A DNA stretch of 64,000 nucleotides from Paragordius varius. Its lineage: Eukaryota > Animalia > Nematomorpha. The stretch spans positions 13,640,001 through 13,704,000 of the forward strand of contig OZ176051.1 in NCBI GenBank assembly GCA_964247055.1, given 5' to 3'. Each line of letters begins with the position of its first letter. Within the stretch, counting starts at the first letter, position 1. The position numbers were made by a program, and so were the translations under genes. Shown in pieces: positions 26,335-39,400 of this stretch. Under the pieces are notes generated by a model that saw only the letters and a program-made list of their open reading frames with translations, ran no database searches and had not been told where the DNA came from.

Positions 26335-27438
26335 CACTTCGATTTAAATTGGGGTATCTAAATACTCCAGACTATGTTAAAGTTAACTTTCTCAAAAAAC
26401 TTCTGAAAGATACGGTTATAATTTAAATTTTTGCCTCTATCTTGATATATACAAATAAGCCGAAATAATTAACATGGATACAACACACTCAGTTTAGTCA
26501 GTCGATTCAAATTGGGGTAGTTGGATGCCCCAGTCCTCTTCAAAATCAAATATTTTAAAAAGTATGGAAGGAATCGAAATCATGGCAAAATTTAAAACTA
26601 AAATACATAGAAAACTCTAATCAAAAATACTTGATATACTTTTTTTAAGTTAAACCCGAAAGGTAAAAATTTTGTCAACGTGACATGTGTGAAATAGTAA
26701 AATTAAAAAATAATACAAATAAACCGCCTTTTCTTGCTATCAATGTTAGATGTAATTTAAATAATTAGTTAATTTTACCTTTAAAATTACATGAAGACGA
26801 TATTTTGCAATTTTTTTTAATAAAAATGGCGTTGAAGAAGTTTGACATAAAACTTTTTTTTCAAACAAAATTTTATTAAGATATTTTGGCATATTTATAT
26901 AATTTTTATTAGGATAGAAGCCTAAATTTAAATTGGGACCGTTTCCTTAATTACTTTTTTTAAAAATCCTAACTCAAATTTAGTCTGGGGTATTTAGATA
27001 CCCCAATTTCAATCGAAGTGTTAAATAAAATTTGGTTTTGAAAAAATGGCTTATCAAACTACTTTGACGCCATTTTATTTTAAAACATTTTTGCAAAATA
27101 TCGTATTTGATTTCATTTTAAAGCTAAATGAAAACTAATTTTATTTAGATAGAAACATAAAAAGTGGTTTATTTTGTAGTATTTATAAATTTAATAATGC
27201 ACACATGTCATGTTGTATTGACTATTGTTTCTTGAGGTTTTACCTACAAATAAGTAGTATATTTTTGAATATTTTTTTATATATTTCGTTTCATTAATGT
27301 TGTAAATGTGCAAATTTTTGCCATGGTTTTTCATTTTATATTTTTTCAAAATATTTAATTATAAACAGACCTGGGGTATCCAACTACCCCAATTTGAATC
27401 CAAGGACTGAAATGGAAAAATTGGTAGCGACAATGATG
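26335..27438 (+). mobile_element. Family P piggyBac-like MITE (host copy) containing a nested copy of the same family
   Basis: TTAA at 26331-26334 and 27439-27442; the core is continuous across the nested insertion (ccgaaataattaa|ataaaatttggttttg). Confidence 0.8.
26473..27020 (-). mobile_element. Family P piggyBac-like MITE, complete 548-bp copy in reverse orientation
   Basis: TTAA duplicated at 26469-26472 and 27021-27024; internal IR tcgattcaaattggggta..gcccca / tggggtatttagataccccaatttcaatcgaagtg. Confidence 0.85.
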
Positions 27439-27789
27439 TTAAAGCATGACGACCTTTTCTCATTAATGTGTGCGATGACCTATGGGTTATTTTTATTTTC
27501 CATCAATCAATCTTGTGATTAACTACTGTTTTGAAAGTTTTAGTTTAAGATTTATTAACAAAAATGTACTCTTATTAGATGAAAAAGTTCTTTACAGTTT
27601 TGTGTCATTTGATGTCTAAAATTGGATCACCTCCAACACACGATTAAAACAAACATTTAAAAATAAATTTATATCAATTTTTTTCTAGTAAAATACAGCC
27701 ATATCATTACATTTTGGGGTAGTAGAAATTTAAATATCTTAAGATTATTTAAAGTATTAAGCCGACTTAAAAATATTGTGGCTAAAATG

Positions 27790-28140
27790 TAAAATTATAA
27801 AAAAATTTGTCGCCAGTTTTTCTATAAATTATTTCGAATCAATAATGCAAAACCTAGGATATTTACAAAAACTTTAATTTTAATATCAATGTTCGTTTTA
27901 ACTGTGTTATGCAGATGTCCCAATATTGGACTCTAGAAGCTAAACTGTAAAAAATATATGTTATATCTGATACATGAGCAAAATGATTAATAATAAAATT
28001 TTAACTGAACTTTTAAAACAAAATTTTACAAAATTGAGTTTTGGGATATAAAACTACCCCAAAATAAGCTAGGATATAATAAGAAAAATAGATATTAAAA
28101 ATTTAAAAAAAAATGGCGGCGAAAAAGATTGAGATGAAAA
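27790..28140. repeat. Old dispersed repeat homologous to 7760-8100
   Basis: Shared segments as above, plus inverted cgcca..ttttt / aaaaatggcggcg. Confidence 0.45.
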
Positions 28141-28347
28141 TTCTTTATTAATTTTACATAATTAAATTTTGTATAATGCGCTTAGAAAGCTAGAATAGCA
28201 TATTTTTAAATTCTTGTAATTTAAATATTTTTAGGACAATCAAATTATTGTTTTGGAATGCAAAACTACCGCAAAAAGTTATGGAGTGTTACAGTGAAAG
28301 TAATTTTATTAACTCATAACACATAACTAAGGATTGTTAGGTCTAGC

Positions 28348-28640
28348 ATGAATAAAAATATTGTAGACGACAAAAATTTGATGGCCAGTTTGGAAATTGA
28401 AATGATATCGGATATGTATCATAAGTAACACCTAATCTTTTATTTAGAATGTCAGACGCATGTATGTCAAAATGTATATCGAAACGATACAAAGAAGGTG
28501 ATTTGAGTAAAGGGGAATCATTGTGTATTGATCGATGTACTAAAAAATATATGGATATTCATGAAATGATTGGCAAAAAACTTACGGATATGTCAATGAA
28601 AGATCAAGAAATGATGCAAAAAATGCAAGAAGTTGTTTAA
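28348..28640 (+). CDS. TIMM10: Mitochondrial import inner-membrane translocase subunit Tim10 (exons 28348-28424, 28448-28640; 23-nt intron)
   Basis: Spliced product MNKNIVDDKNLMASLEIEMISDMYHK-MSDACMSKCISKRYKEGDLSKGESLCIDRCTKKYMDIHEMIGKKL has the twin CX3C motif and aligns without gaps to the known Tim10 pattern [22 protein letters not shown]...GESVCLDRCVSKY. Confidence 0.95.
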
Positions 28641-29407
28641 TGATAAAATATAAAAATAAATACTTAAATAAAACCAATTAATGTTATTTTTAATATTAAT
28701 TGTTAAATTTTCAATGAATATTTTAAAAATTTTTCATGTACATTTTGGTAAGCTTGTTAATGAAGTATATTAGGATTAAACAATTATGTATGAAATTGAT
28801 TTGAAGAGATTGTGTTTTTTTCTTTAAAATTCATTGACCTTAATTTGAAAACAAAAATACACTCACTTTTGAGTTTTTAAGATGTTACACGGTGCGCATT
28901 CATTTTTGACGAGTAAAAGCATGAGAAAAATAAATATTAAAATGGTAAATGGGTCGTAAAACATAGAAATAATTGTATCAATTTTTCCGCTTTCAGCCAA
29001 AATTATATAACGGCATTTACATTACACGTTAGATATTTGATTGTTGAAATGTGGCAACATATTCCTAAACCCTAATCGCATATTTATACATCTAAAGTCA
29101 AAAATCGGACTTTGCGTCAAATTTGATTAAAAATGCGATTATGTGGAAATTAATTTTTTCTTTATAAATTATAATGATAGCACCCATATATCTAAAACAA
29201 AACCTTTATAAATTATCTGAAATTAACGATTAGGTCATGCTACCATTGCAAAAATTTTGATATGTTGGTATAGGTTTTTGTATTTAAAGACATCCAAATT
29301 TTTTAGAAAGATGCCGAATTAATATTTAAGATGCAAATATTTATTTTATGGTTTATTTTCCAACCCAAGTTTAAAATATAGTATAGATATGCCTCCATAA
29401 TATATTA

Positions 29408-29661
29408 CAGTAAAAATTGGAAGTATACGGACAAAACGTGAAATACATATTAAAAGACAACCATACTATCTAAATCTTGATTTTTTAACCATTTTTTATA
29501 ATTGGAAAGTAGGAAATAGAGATTATTATCACAATCAATTATATATTTTACAATTGTAATTAAATAGTTTTTATATATAATTAAGGTTTAAAAAAGAATT
29601 GTCCTTAAAAAATATTTTTTATATTTTTACGTTTTTTCTACAATAATTTCAATTTTTACTG
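29408..29661. mobile_element. MITE family M1
   Basis: ta|cagtaaaaattggaagtatacggacaaaacgt ... acgttttttctacaataatttcaatttttactg|ta. Confidence 0.8.
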
Positions 29662-30445
29662 TATATAACCACATCACCTTTTTTTTGAGATAAATATTAA
29701 AACTTCATTTTTATATTTTAATAATAATAATAATATAGATAACAATCTAAATAATTTACATTTTAACACACATTGTAAATTTATCAAGATAATTAAAATT
29801 AAAAAGTTTGTGGGGATAATTTCAACTTCAAGAATTGTGTTTTATAGGATACATTAAAAATCGCGAATATTAAGAGCTAATTTCTTTTTGGTGCTTTTCA
29901 ATTAATCAGGGTACTGTATATGTTTTTTTTGAAAATTAAGCAGGTCTCTAAGAAAAATGGTTACATTTTTTTTATAAATTGTTTAAATAATGTGCTTTTG
30001 GTTATTCTATCCCTCGTTAATTTATTTACGAAAAAAAAGCTTAGTGGCAGTTCTAGACAAAATTAACACGTTGCAAACCCTTACTCAAAATAGTTCAGAG
30101 AGTGGATGGATATGTAGAGGGTTAAAATTTTTTTATTTTATAAATTATATAAAAAATATAGGATATGATTTATAAAGAAGGTCTAAAACTTTAACGTATT
30201 GCTTGCTGTTAATTTATTTTTCAAAAATAATATCAATCTTTTTATTGTTTTTATATCTATTTTATGAAATAAAAATCAAAAATTTTATATAAAGTATAAA
30301 AGCAATCAAAAATGGTAGAAAATAAAGGTAAATATACAGCTTTTGTTTGTTTGTATGGAGATATTATGAGTTTTACGAATTTTTATAAAGATTTTCGTAT
30401 TGATTGAAGTCATATATATATATATATATAAAACAGGCATATATT

Positions 30446-33400
30446 ATGAAAACGTACGTTGTATGTCTATGCCTACTAGAATTTACTTTCCTTATATTAG
30501 TATGGCAATTCCGTTTCTTAACTTTAAAACATTATTTTTTCCCCTTATATTTAAAGTATTCTCCATATTTTGTCGGAAATCAAACATTGTACACCAAATA
30601 CATTGATGTTGAGGGAAAAAATTTGATCAACTTATGTGGCAATGATAATTTCATATACCCAAAATCTAAATATTGGCGTAATTTGACAAATGTCGCTACA
30701 TTCTTCCGCCTCAAATCATTATACAATTTTGATGTTGAACAATGTTTTAATCGAAAAAAACCCTTAAAATTTAATTTTGTCAGACTCAGTGATTGTATCC
30801 TCTATTTTGAAGAACAAAATTTGACCCGATTTCAGGCCCTCTATGCTCATAATGTGAAATTACTAGCTTTCAATGCCAGTTATCAAACAATAGTTCAGTT
30901 ACACATACCCAAAACAGGTGGCACCTTCTTAAATAAATTGCTAACACGCAGTGTCCTAAGTCATCCCTGCTCTTGTATCGCTAGAAAATATAATGAAAGA
31001 TGTTTTTGCCCAAGGAATCTCATCAATATTAGCAATTATGATAGAAACAATATCCTTAATGATAGTGAGGAATTTTACACGATGTTATATAACAATAGTT
31101 CAAATTGGTTATATAGTCGATTCACTTATCATTGGTTTTTTTGTGGCATACATGCCAATTATTATCAGCTTAAAAAATGTATGGATGCCTTATCACGCGA
31201 TATTTTGAATTATCCTTTTAATAAGCTAGAATATGTTGAGAGCATGTACCTAGGACCTCGATTTTTACATTATCACAATATCTGGCCAAAGAAACCATTC
31301 GATAATTATAAGTAAAATTTTGCTAAGTATTGATTTCAATTATAACTAAATATAAGAACAAAGCATAAAAAGTACTTTAACGATTTTAATCGTTTATTTC
31401 GTATTAACTCGTTTGCTGGCCAATTGGTAATACAGTAGTGTATGGTTCATAACAAGATTCCTCCAAAACTATATAATGAAATTTAGTTTGTAAAATATAG
31501 AAATAATAATATTAATTTCAACCATTTGTTTTTTCATCCGTATTGCCAATTAGCCAAAAAGATATGTTACTATTTGAAAAATTCACATATATTAAGCATG
31601 GTTTAATTAGTTGCATCATATATAAGGTGACCATATTTTTTTAGGGAAAAAGCGGGACAAATCTGAGAGGGGGGGTCTCATTGGGGGGTACAACCGAAAA
31701 TTTTTATACAAAAAATTATTGTAATATTTATTTATTTTTAACACAAATACATTATAAAAATAAAAAAATTTGTACCTTACAGGTTGTTTGTACCTTATTC
31801 AATAAATTTACATGTGCTTGAACAAAGGGTGAAGTGATTGTAATATTCTAGAAAAGAATAATAAAGACGAAATCATCACAAAGTGCGCTGGGTGATGCAA
31901 GAAGCGGCACAAAAAATATTTTCACAATTTAGCGAATAATCTTAATTAAAACATTATTGGCAGATACACAACGCTATTCAGACAGCTACGTTTGTTAACC
32001 TGGATGTAGAAATTATAGATGTTAAAATGCTTGGATATTGTAGAACTGTTGGTTAGCTCTTTTGCCAGCGATTGAAATATTTATAAAAATGTGATCTCCT
32101 AGAATCCTATTTTTTTATCGCAGGACAAAGGTCAAAATTCGAAGTCAAAAAAGGTTAGAAAATAATTTTATACCATTACCTAATCGCAATATTAAATAAA
32201 ACATCCAGAAAAACAAGGCTCAATGAATAGCCGGAATATAAAAATGTTTTATACAAACAGAAACGATTATTTGGAAGACAAGACGGTGCACAATGACACT
32301 TTTTATGAAGTTTCATTATTAAATAAATATATTGAATGAAAACTTATATTATGGACAACAGAAAAAAATACGTAGGATAGAAATGGTTAAAATAATCATT
32401 TTTAAACAAATTATGTTCCATACAAAATTATTTTAATTATTTGCATTATCTTTACCTGAACCATTGCTATTGAACGCGTTTTTCCACAGTAAATTAAGTA
32501 AGGACACGAAATTAAATTTAAATGTTGAATAAAAACCATTTTATGTGTTCAAATATAATTTGACAAATTATGAAGACTTACTTATACAATATTTTAAGTA
32601 ATTTTGTTTATTTTTTAACATAAAAACTTTATAAATATAAGAAAATATTTTATTCATTGGTATATTTTTTTGAGCGAATGCGTTTTAGCAAAGTTCATCA
32701 TTTTTTAAAATATTGTAGAAAAGTCTTTACAAGATGGTGTCAAATTATATTTGACAGATAAGACGGCCTTTAAAGTTTCAACATTTAAATTTGATTTTTC
32801 CAATGTCCACACCTGATTTACTGTGGAAAAAACGCGCTGAGTAGCAGCGTTGGTTCCAGGTAAAGATAGTGCGAATTCCACAATTTTTAAAATATTTATG
32901 TATGTATTATAGTTGGCTTCAAAATGATGAAATATTTCCAACCATTTCTTTTCTACTGTATATTTTTCTTTTGTCCATATATTAAGTTTTTCATTATTAA
33001 TAAATCTTTTAACTAATGATACTTCAGAAAAAAGATCATTTTCTGAGATTACTTTTTGAGAATTTTTGGGAGCAGATATAACCAAATGATTTTTGAACAT
33101 TGCACCAATTAATTCTGATTTTAATGTTATCCAATGAAAATGATCCATTTTATTGAATTGCCTCGTCCAATCTTCCAAATGATCTTTACAGTTTGTATAA
33201 AACATTTTTATATGGTACAGGATATCTTGGCGATTTATTATTCCTTGTTTTTCTAAATTATTTATTATATTACGGATGATTAATGGTATAAAATTATTTT
33301 CTAACCGTTCTTATTGGAATTTTAGGTTACTAACTTCATTGGCTACTTCGATTGCCGAAATTTTGTCACCTTTTATAAATTTAATAACATTAAACAGAGA

Positions 33401-36400
33401 AGCTTGATTATGTAAGAAACCATATTTTTGAAGAATCACTTTCAAAAAACTTTTTTAAAGTTGAAGGACATTTGTCCTGTGATAAAAAAAATTTTTAAAG
33501 GATCATACATTTTTAAAATACTTTCGATAGCTGGCATAAAAGCTAACCGACGAGTTTTACAATATCCAAGCATTTTTTGATATTTCTGCATTTTCACAGA
33601 ATTCTTTAATCGTTTCAACACGTACCGTGTATATATAAAAATAGGAATATATTTTAACAACTACATTTTCCACATCTAGGGGTAACAAATCAGCAGCTGT
33701 TTGAATAGCGTTGTCTATTATATGCACTGCACACCCAACGCCAATAATGTTTTGATTAAAATTATCTGTTAATTTATGAAAAGTATTTTTTGTTCCCCTC
33801 CTTGCTTTTCCACCAAAGTTCGTATTGGTGTTGTCAGCGCAATATGCGATAATTTTGTCTTTTAAGTTATTTTTTTCTAGAATATGCATTATTGGAGTAA
33901 ATATTATTTCGGAATTTTCACCGGGTAGAGAAATTAAATCTAAAATTTTGGGAAATAATTTTGCTTCATGGTGATTTGATGCATCAGAGTATAGGGATAA
34001 GAAATTAATTTTCAACAAATCTTTTTGTATTTCAGAAAATGCATGTGGCGAAAGGACATTGCACACAATGGCTTTGGCCTTTGTACGGGCACATGTAAAT
34101 TTTTTATGGAATAATGTGCGAATAACCTGTGAGGTACAGTCCATAGATCTAAAGGAATGATTGTGATTAACCGCGTGAAAAGACTCCAAATGCGGTTATT
34201 CGAAAAAAATCGCTCATTTTGTAAGATGATGCCGCCATATCTAAACGTTTTTTATGTTTCTGTGTTTCCATATGCTTTGTAGTATCATGCTTCCATGTGC
34301 TAGGGTGAATTCCCCCTCGCATATAAGACATTTAACAAATGATTCATTCTTCGTTTTTTTGCTAAAGGAAAATCTTTCATTTATTCATCGTTGAATTTAC
34401 CTCTTTTTGTGCTCATATTTATAAACTACTATTAGTATAATAAATATTATATTACCTAAATTTTCTAGAATAAACGTGTAAGGTACCGATTTGTGGTATC
34501 AATTTGTCTTTTAAGCTACCGATTTGTGGTATTAACTTGGCTTTTGATAATGACGACAGTAGTAGTAGGAAGCAAAGTAATCATATGATATAAATTCGAA
34601 AAAAAAAATATTTTTAAAATAAAAATAAAAAATTTTAATTTAAAATTTAAACGGATAAAAAAAATTTATTTGTATTAAAAAATTTTTTTTATATAATCGT
34701 GAAAAAGCGGGACATTTTAAAACGTAGCGGGAGGCGGGACAAAGTGTGAAAAAGCGGGACTGTCCCGCCAAAAGCGGGACGTCTGGTCACCTTAATCATA
34801 TAAGATATTGTATCCAATCAATTTAGAAATTTTTAAGTAAATAATTAATATATATGGACAAAACGTAAAAATATAAAGACAACTATTATTATGAAGAATC
34901 ATACTTAAAGCTCTATTTTTAAATTTAAATCATTCTCTGAAACTCCAATGAATGAAATAGAGATGTATATTGGTAACACATTCTCATTTATATATTTTAC
35001 TATTTTAAATAATTTAGCACGACTAAAGATGTAAAAAATGTGTTTTTTTAAAAAAAAATTAGTATTTATATTCCGTATAATTAATTTTTTGCTGAACTTC
35101 TTGTGGTTTCTTATGTGTGTGTCTAGTTTTTTTTAGTTGTGACTTATATGGCCAGGCCCCCAATTTTGTTTTGCAAAATTATATAATTATTTCGGTGAGA
35201 GAAGGGCGAGATTTGTTATTTATACAGTAAAAATTAAAATTATACGGACAAAACATGAAAATATAAAAACAAATTTTCTATTAGACAACCATACTTTTTA
35301 AAACCTAAATGTTTTTCATATAACTACTTAGTTACTTCTAAAATATAGAATTGATTGTGGTGCCATTTCAAACATAAGTTATATTGAATTAATCAAGATT
35401 TAAAAAAGTATGAATGTCTTTTAGAAAAAAATATCTGTCTTTATATTTTTACGTTTTGTCCGTATAATTTCAGTTTTTCTGTAAATAACTCAAAGATTAT
35501 TTACAGTATGCACATTTTTGCTCGCTTATTCACATTATTTGGCAAAACAGTAGTGTATGAAAAAAAATAACTAAGTGTTAAAAGTAAACAAATATTGCCT
35601 ATCTTACATTCCTTTATTTATTAATAATTTTATTTAAAAGCAAAGTACAAACAAAACAAGATAAAAACAAAATATTTTTGAACCAAAATGGAGTTCCATT
35701 ATGAATAAAAAATTTAAATATTAAGCATTTAATTAAATATGTGTAGATGTTTGTTTTATAACACTGTGTGCAAAAACGAGGTTAAATTTTTCTTAAGATA
35801 GCTCATAATAGAATTTGTTTGCCGAAAAATTTTTATTTATTTACGACCTAGTTTTATTATGAGAGAAAAAATCGGGTAAAAAGTGAAAATTAAGAATAAT
35901 TGAAAAAATGATAAAACTTGAGATATTAAAATATTTACAATTTATAAATTGCATAAACTCATATAGTTGGGGCTTGTATAAAAACTATCGTGTTTTTTTC
36001 TTTAACATACTCAATATTCAAAAATTATATTCTATATTTACTAGCTTAAACCACTATTAAAATATAAACATTATATTTTATGCAGTGAGAAAAACTTATA
36101 TATCCAAATAAAACCAAGAAAATATTGTTTTTTATTTTTTCATTTTTTTATCATCTGGTTTGTAAGTGTATAATGATATTTCTGTTATATTTTGGAATCT
36201 TACATGAACGGCAATTTTAAAGTATGTGAATTTATAATAAAAGGTTTAAAAGTAGTGGTAGCAATCAAATCTGTACAAATCCATTTAACGTGTTTGTTAT
36301 AACACAAATTAATATTTTTAATATTCAATTTGTTAGTTGATATTCCACTACTAAATACTATTTGGTATTTTTTAATTCGCGTTCCTGTAAGATTTGAAAA

Positions 36401-39400
36401 TCAAAGAGGAGATTTGTAATACACTCATAAACCAGATGACACAAAAATGAAATAATAAAAAACAATATTTTTATTGTTTTATCATGATGTATAAGTTTTA
36501 CTGTATAAAATATGAATGTTAAGATTTTGATAGTTTTTAGCTAATAAATAATTTAAAAAAATATTTAAATATAGTTTCTTATATATTTCAAGTATGTTAA
36601 ATAAAAAATACGTTTTTTGATCTGAGTTTTTATAAAAGCCCTATCTATAGGCTAATTATCAATTGTAAATATCTGATAAAAAGATAATAAATCTTAATAT
36701 CTGAAGTTTTATCATCATTTTTTTTAATTATCGTTAATTTTAACTTTTTGCCCAATTTTAATTTAATCTCAGTATTATCAAAACTAGGTCGTCAACAAAT
36801 AATTTAGCGGCAAATGAATTCGCTGATTATTTCTCATGAAAAAGATACTTTTTGCACACTGTGTAAAACACGCTACTATATTACAAGTTGACCAATCTAG
36901 CGTAAATGTGCCTATTCTAATTTACATAGTTTTTCTTATATACGGCTTAAATTTAAAAATATTTTTTTTCAATCAATTTTAATTTCTGAAATTTATAAAA
37001 TAGAATATATCTAAATAAAAAATGGTAAATGTGATGTGTATTGGAATTTAACAATTAAGGAGAATACAATCCCTATGTAATTTCTTAATAAATCAGGTAC
37101 TGTTACAATTTATGTTAAAATTAAAATTTTATAGATTACATTTTTAACCGGATTTTTATTAAATTTTCAAATATAGACTGCTTCCGAAATCAGGGGTTAT
37201 AATATATATATATATATATATATATTTCAATAGAAAAATACAGGAGCAACATGGTACTTTTGGTTTTCGCCCTTACCAGTGATTTATGAAAGCTATTTAC
37301 ACTTTTGTGGTAACTGCTTCATATCAAAGTTAAAATTTGCATTTAATAAATTTTTTGAAAGCTAAATTTAAAAAAATTAGCAATAAAATTTTGCTGAAAC
37401 GTACTTCACACTATTTTGAAGCATTATGGAAGCGGTAAAAGATATTACATTATATATATACTTGATTCTGAACATTTCTATTGCCTCAGATTTTTATTTA
37501 AATCTTCGTTTGCTTTGAAACTGGTTTATTGTAAAAAAACACAATTTATATCAAACCTAATTTTGAAAACGAACGGATATTTTAATGAAAATTCTGAGGT
37601 GAGAGATCAGCATTTTTAAATATATAGCACTTTTATACGGTTCCATCAGGCCTCAAAATATTAGAAAATACGGACAAAATTTTACCAAAAAGAAAGAATT
37701 CATTTTTTAATAAAAAGTGTATTAGATAACAATTTAAAATTTTTCGTGCAATCTTGGCATTTTCGCTTTTATTTAAAAAGAACTCCATTTAAAACGGGTC
37801 CAAAAAGACTTTTAGAGCCCACATCCAATCAAAATTTTATAAAAATATTATTTTGCCTTTTATATGTTTATATATTTTTTAGAATGCATTTAGCTTTCAC
37901 AAAAAAATTATTTATACGCAAATTTTGCCTTTTCTGATATGGAGCAGCTACCGTAACTTCTGAGGGTTAAAACCAAAAGGACTATGATAATCCTGATACC
38001 CTATCAAAATATATATTTCATCCAGATATATATTTTTTGCGGACGTGTGTAATATATAATAGAAAATATTTTTTTGCATTTAGGTTGATTGTTTCAAGTT
38101 AGTCCATAAATTTAAGATTTAACCTAATTTCATGTATTCTTTTATTATATTTTTCTGACCTATTAACATTTTTCATTCAAGAACCACTTTTTTTCGAACT
38201 ATTCCAATGAACAATTAATCCACAAATGTTTTTTACTAAAAAATATTAATAACTTAGAAAACTTATATATTTATTAATATTCAAATATTTTTTTTAAAAT
38301 TAATAAATATATACGGTTTCTGGATGATAAAGTTGATATTGATTTTAAAGGTAAGATTATATGAATGAAATAGGTTAATAAATGAGAAAATAGATGAATG
38401 ATGCACCATTGGAAACAGTTAAAAACAAATTAAAAAAGTTGAAAAACCAACTTGAAATGTCCAAAGACAAAGAAGAATTTCTAGGATACTTTTCAAGTGC
38501 TAATGGTATATTTCATTGCGAACAGGGCTATTGTCTTTTTTCTTCACAATTTCATATGTAACTAATGAATATATTAAATCTCCCATTTGGCAACAGATGT
38601 TTATATTACCTTTTTAGTCATTAATACTTAAATGGCCAATAAAACAAAATGTGCATTTATGCGGGCTTATTCACATTATTAATCGATTTGAAAGACAGTA
38701 GCGTGTGTTATAAAATAAATTTTGTCCATAAATAAATAAACAAATTAGATTTAATTACATTTTGTTGTTATTTTCCATATGCTAATATGTTCCCAAATCA
38801 AATATAACGTGATTAAGCCGGCATAAATGTTCTTGGATACCCTATATTTGGTGAATAGTTGTGTTACTACGTTCGGGTCGACTTTTTACAATAAATTCAA
38901 CGAATTGAGGTTTTCAGTTAGTTTAGGGTTCGATTGATATCCTATGAGATATTCCCATTCTTAATGGTTAAAAATAATTTATAAGATTTTTTCAGGTTTA
39001 TCTTTCGTTATAAAGAGGAAAGATAATTGTATTGACAGGTCGATTTTATATTTAAACAAACATCATACGGAAAATTTTTATACTTGTAATTGTTTATGTG
39101 GCTTTTTTGGCTACCATTTCTGCTTTTGATCCCGGGTCTGCACTTATTATCGTTCCTTATCTTATGACATATCTGTGTTTATTTATAATTTAATAAAATA
39201 TTTTTAGTCAACAATTTGTAACATTATTCCGAGACCCAATCCAAAGGTTTTACAGTGAATATAATCAAGGTTTATCGGGTAATCCATTTCCTTTGATTGA
39301 AGTCGCCTGTCCAAACAAGACAAAAATAGTTCTTTCAGTCTGTAAGGATATCAATAATTTAACCATTCCCCAATATATGGCATGTTCCAAATATTCTTCG

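Larger units (their letters stand above)
31623..34794 (-). mobile_element. hAT DNA transposon (Blackjack-type ends), 3172 bp, in HS6ST intron 1
   Basis: TIRs TAAGGTGACCA / TGGTCACCTTA; GCGGGAC subterminal repeats; perfect 8-bp TSD ATCATATA (31615-31622, 34795-34802). Confidence 0.93.

Noticed and set aside
20819-27442. Recurrent GGGGTA..TACCCC palindromes as a CRISPR-like or REP array
   Set aside because: Spacing is irregular and the intervening sequences are homologous; they are the ends of family P MITEs.
30404-30445. TTG start of the HS6ST ORF given by the track
   Set aside because: Eukaryotic context; the extension runs through a TA repeat and an AG acceptor, and ATG 30446 directly precedes the signal anchor.
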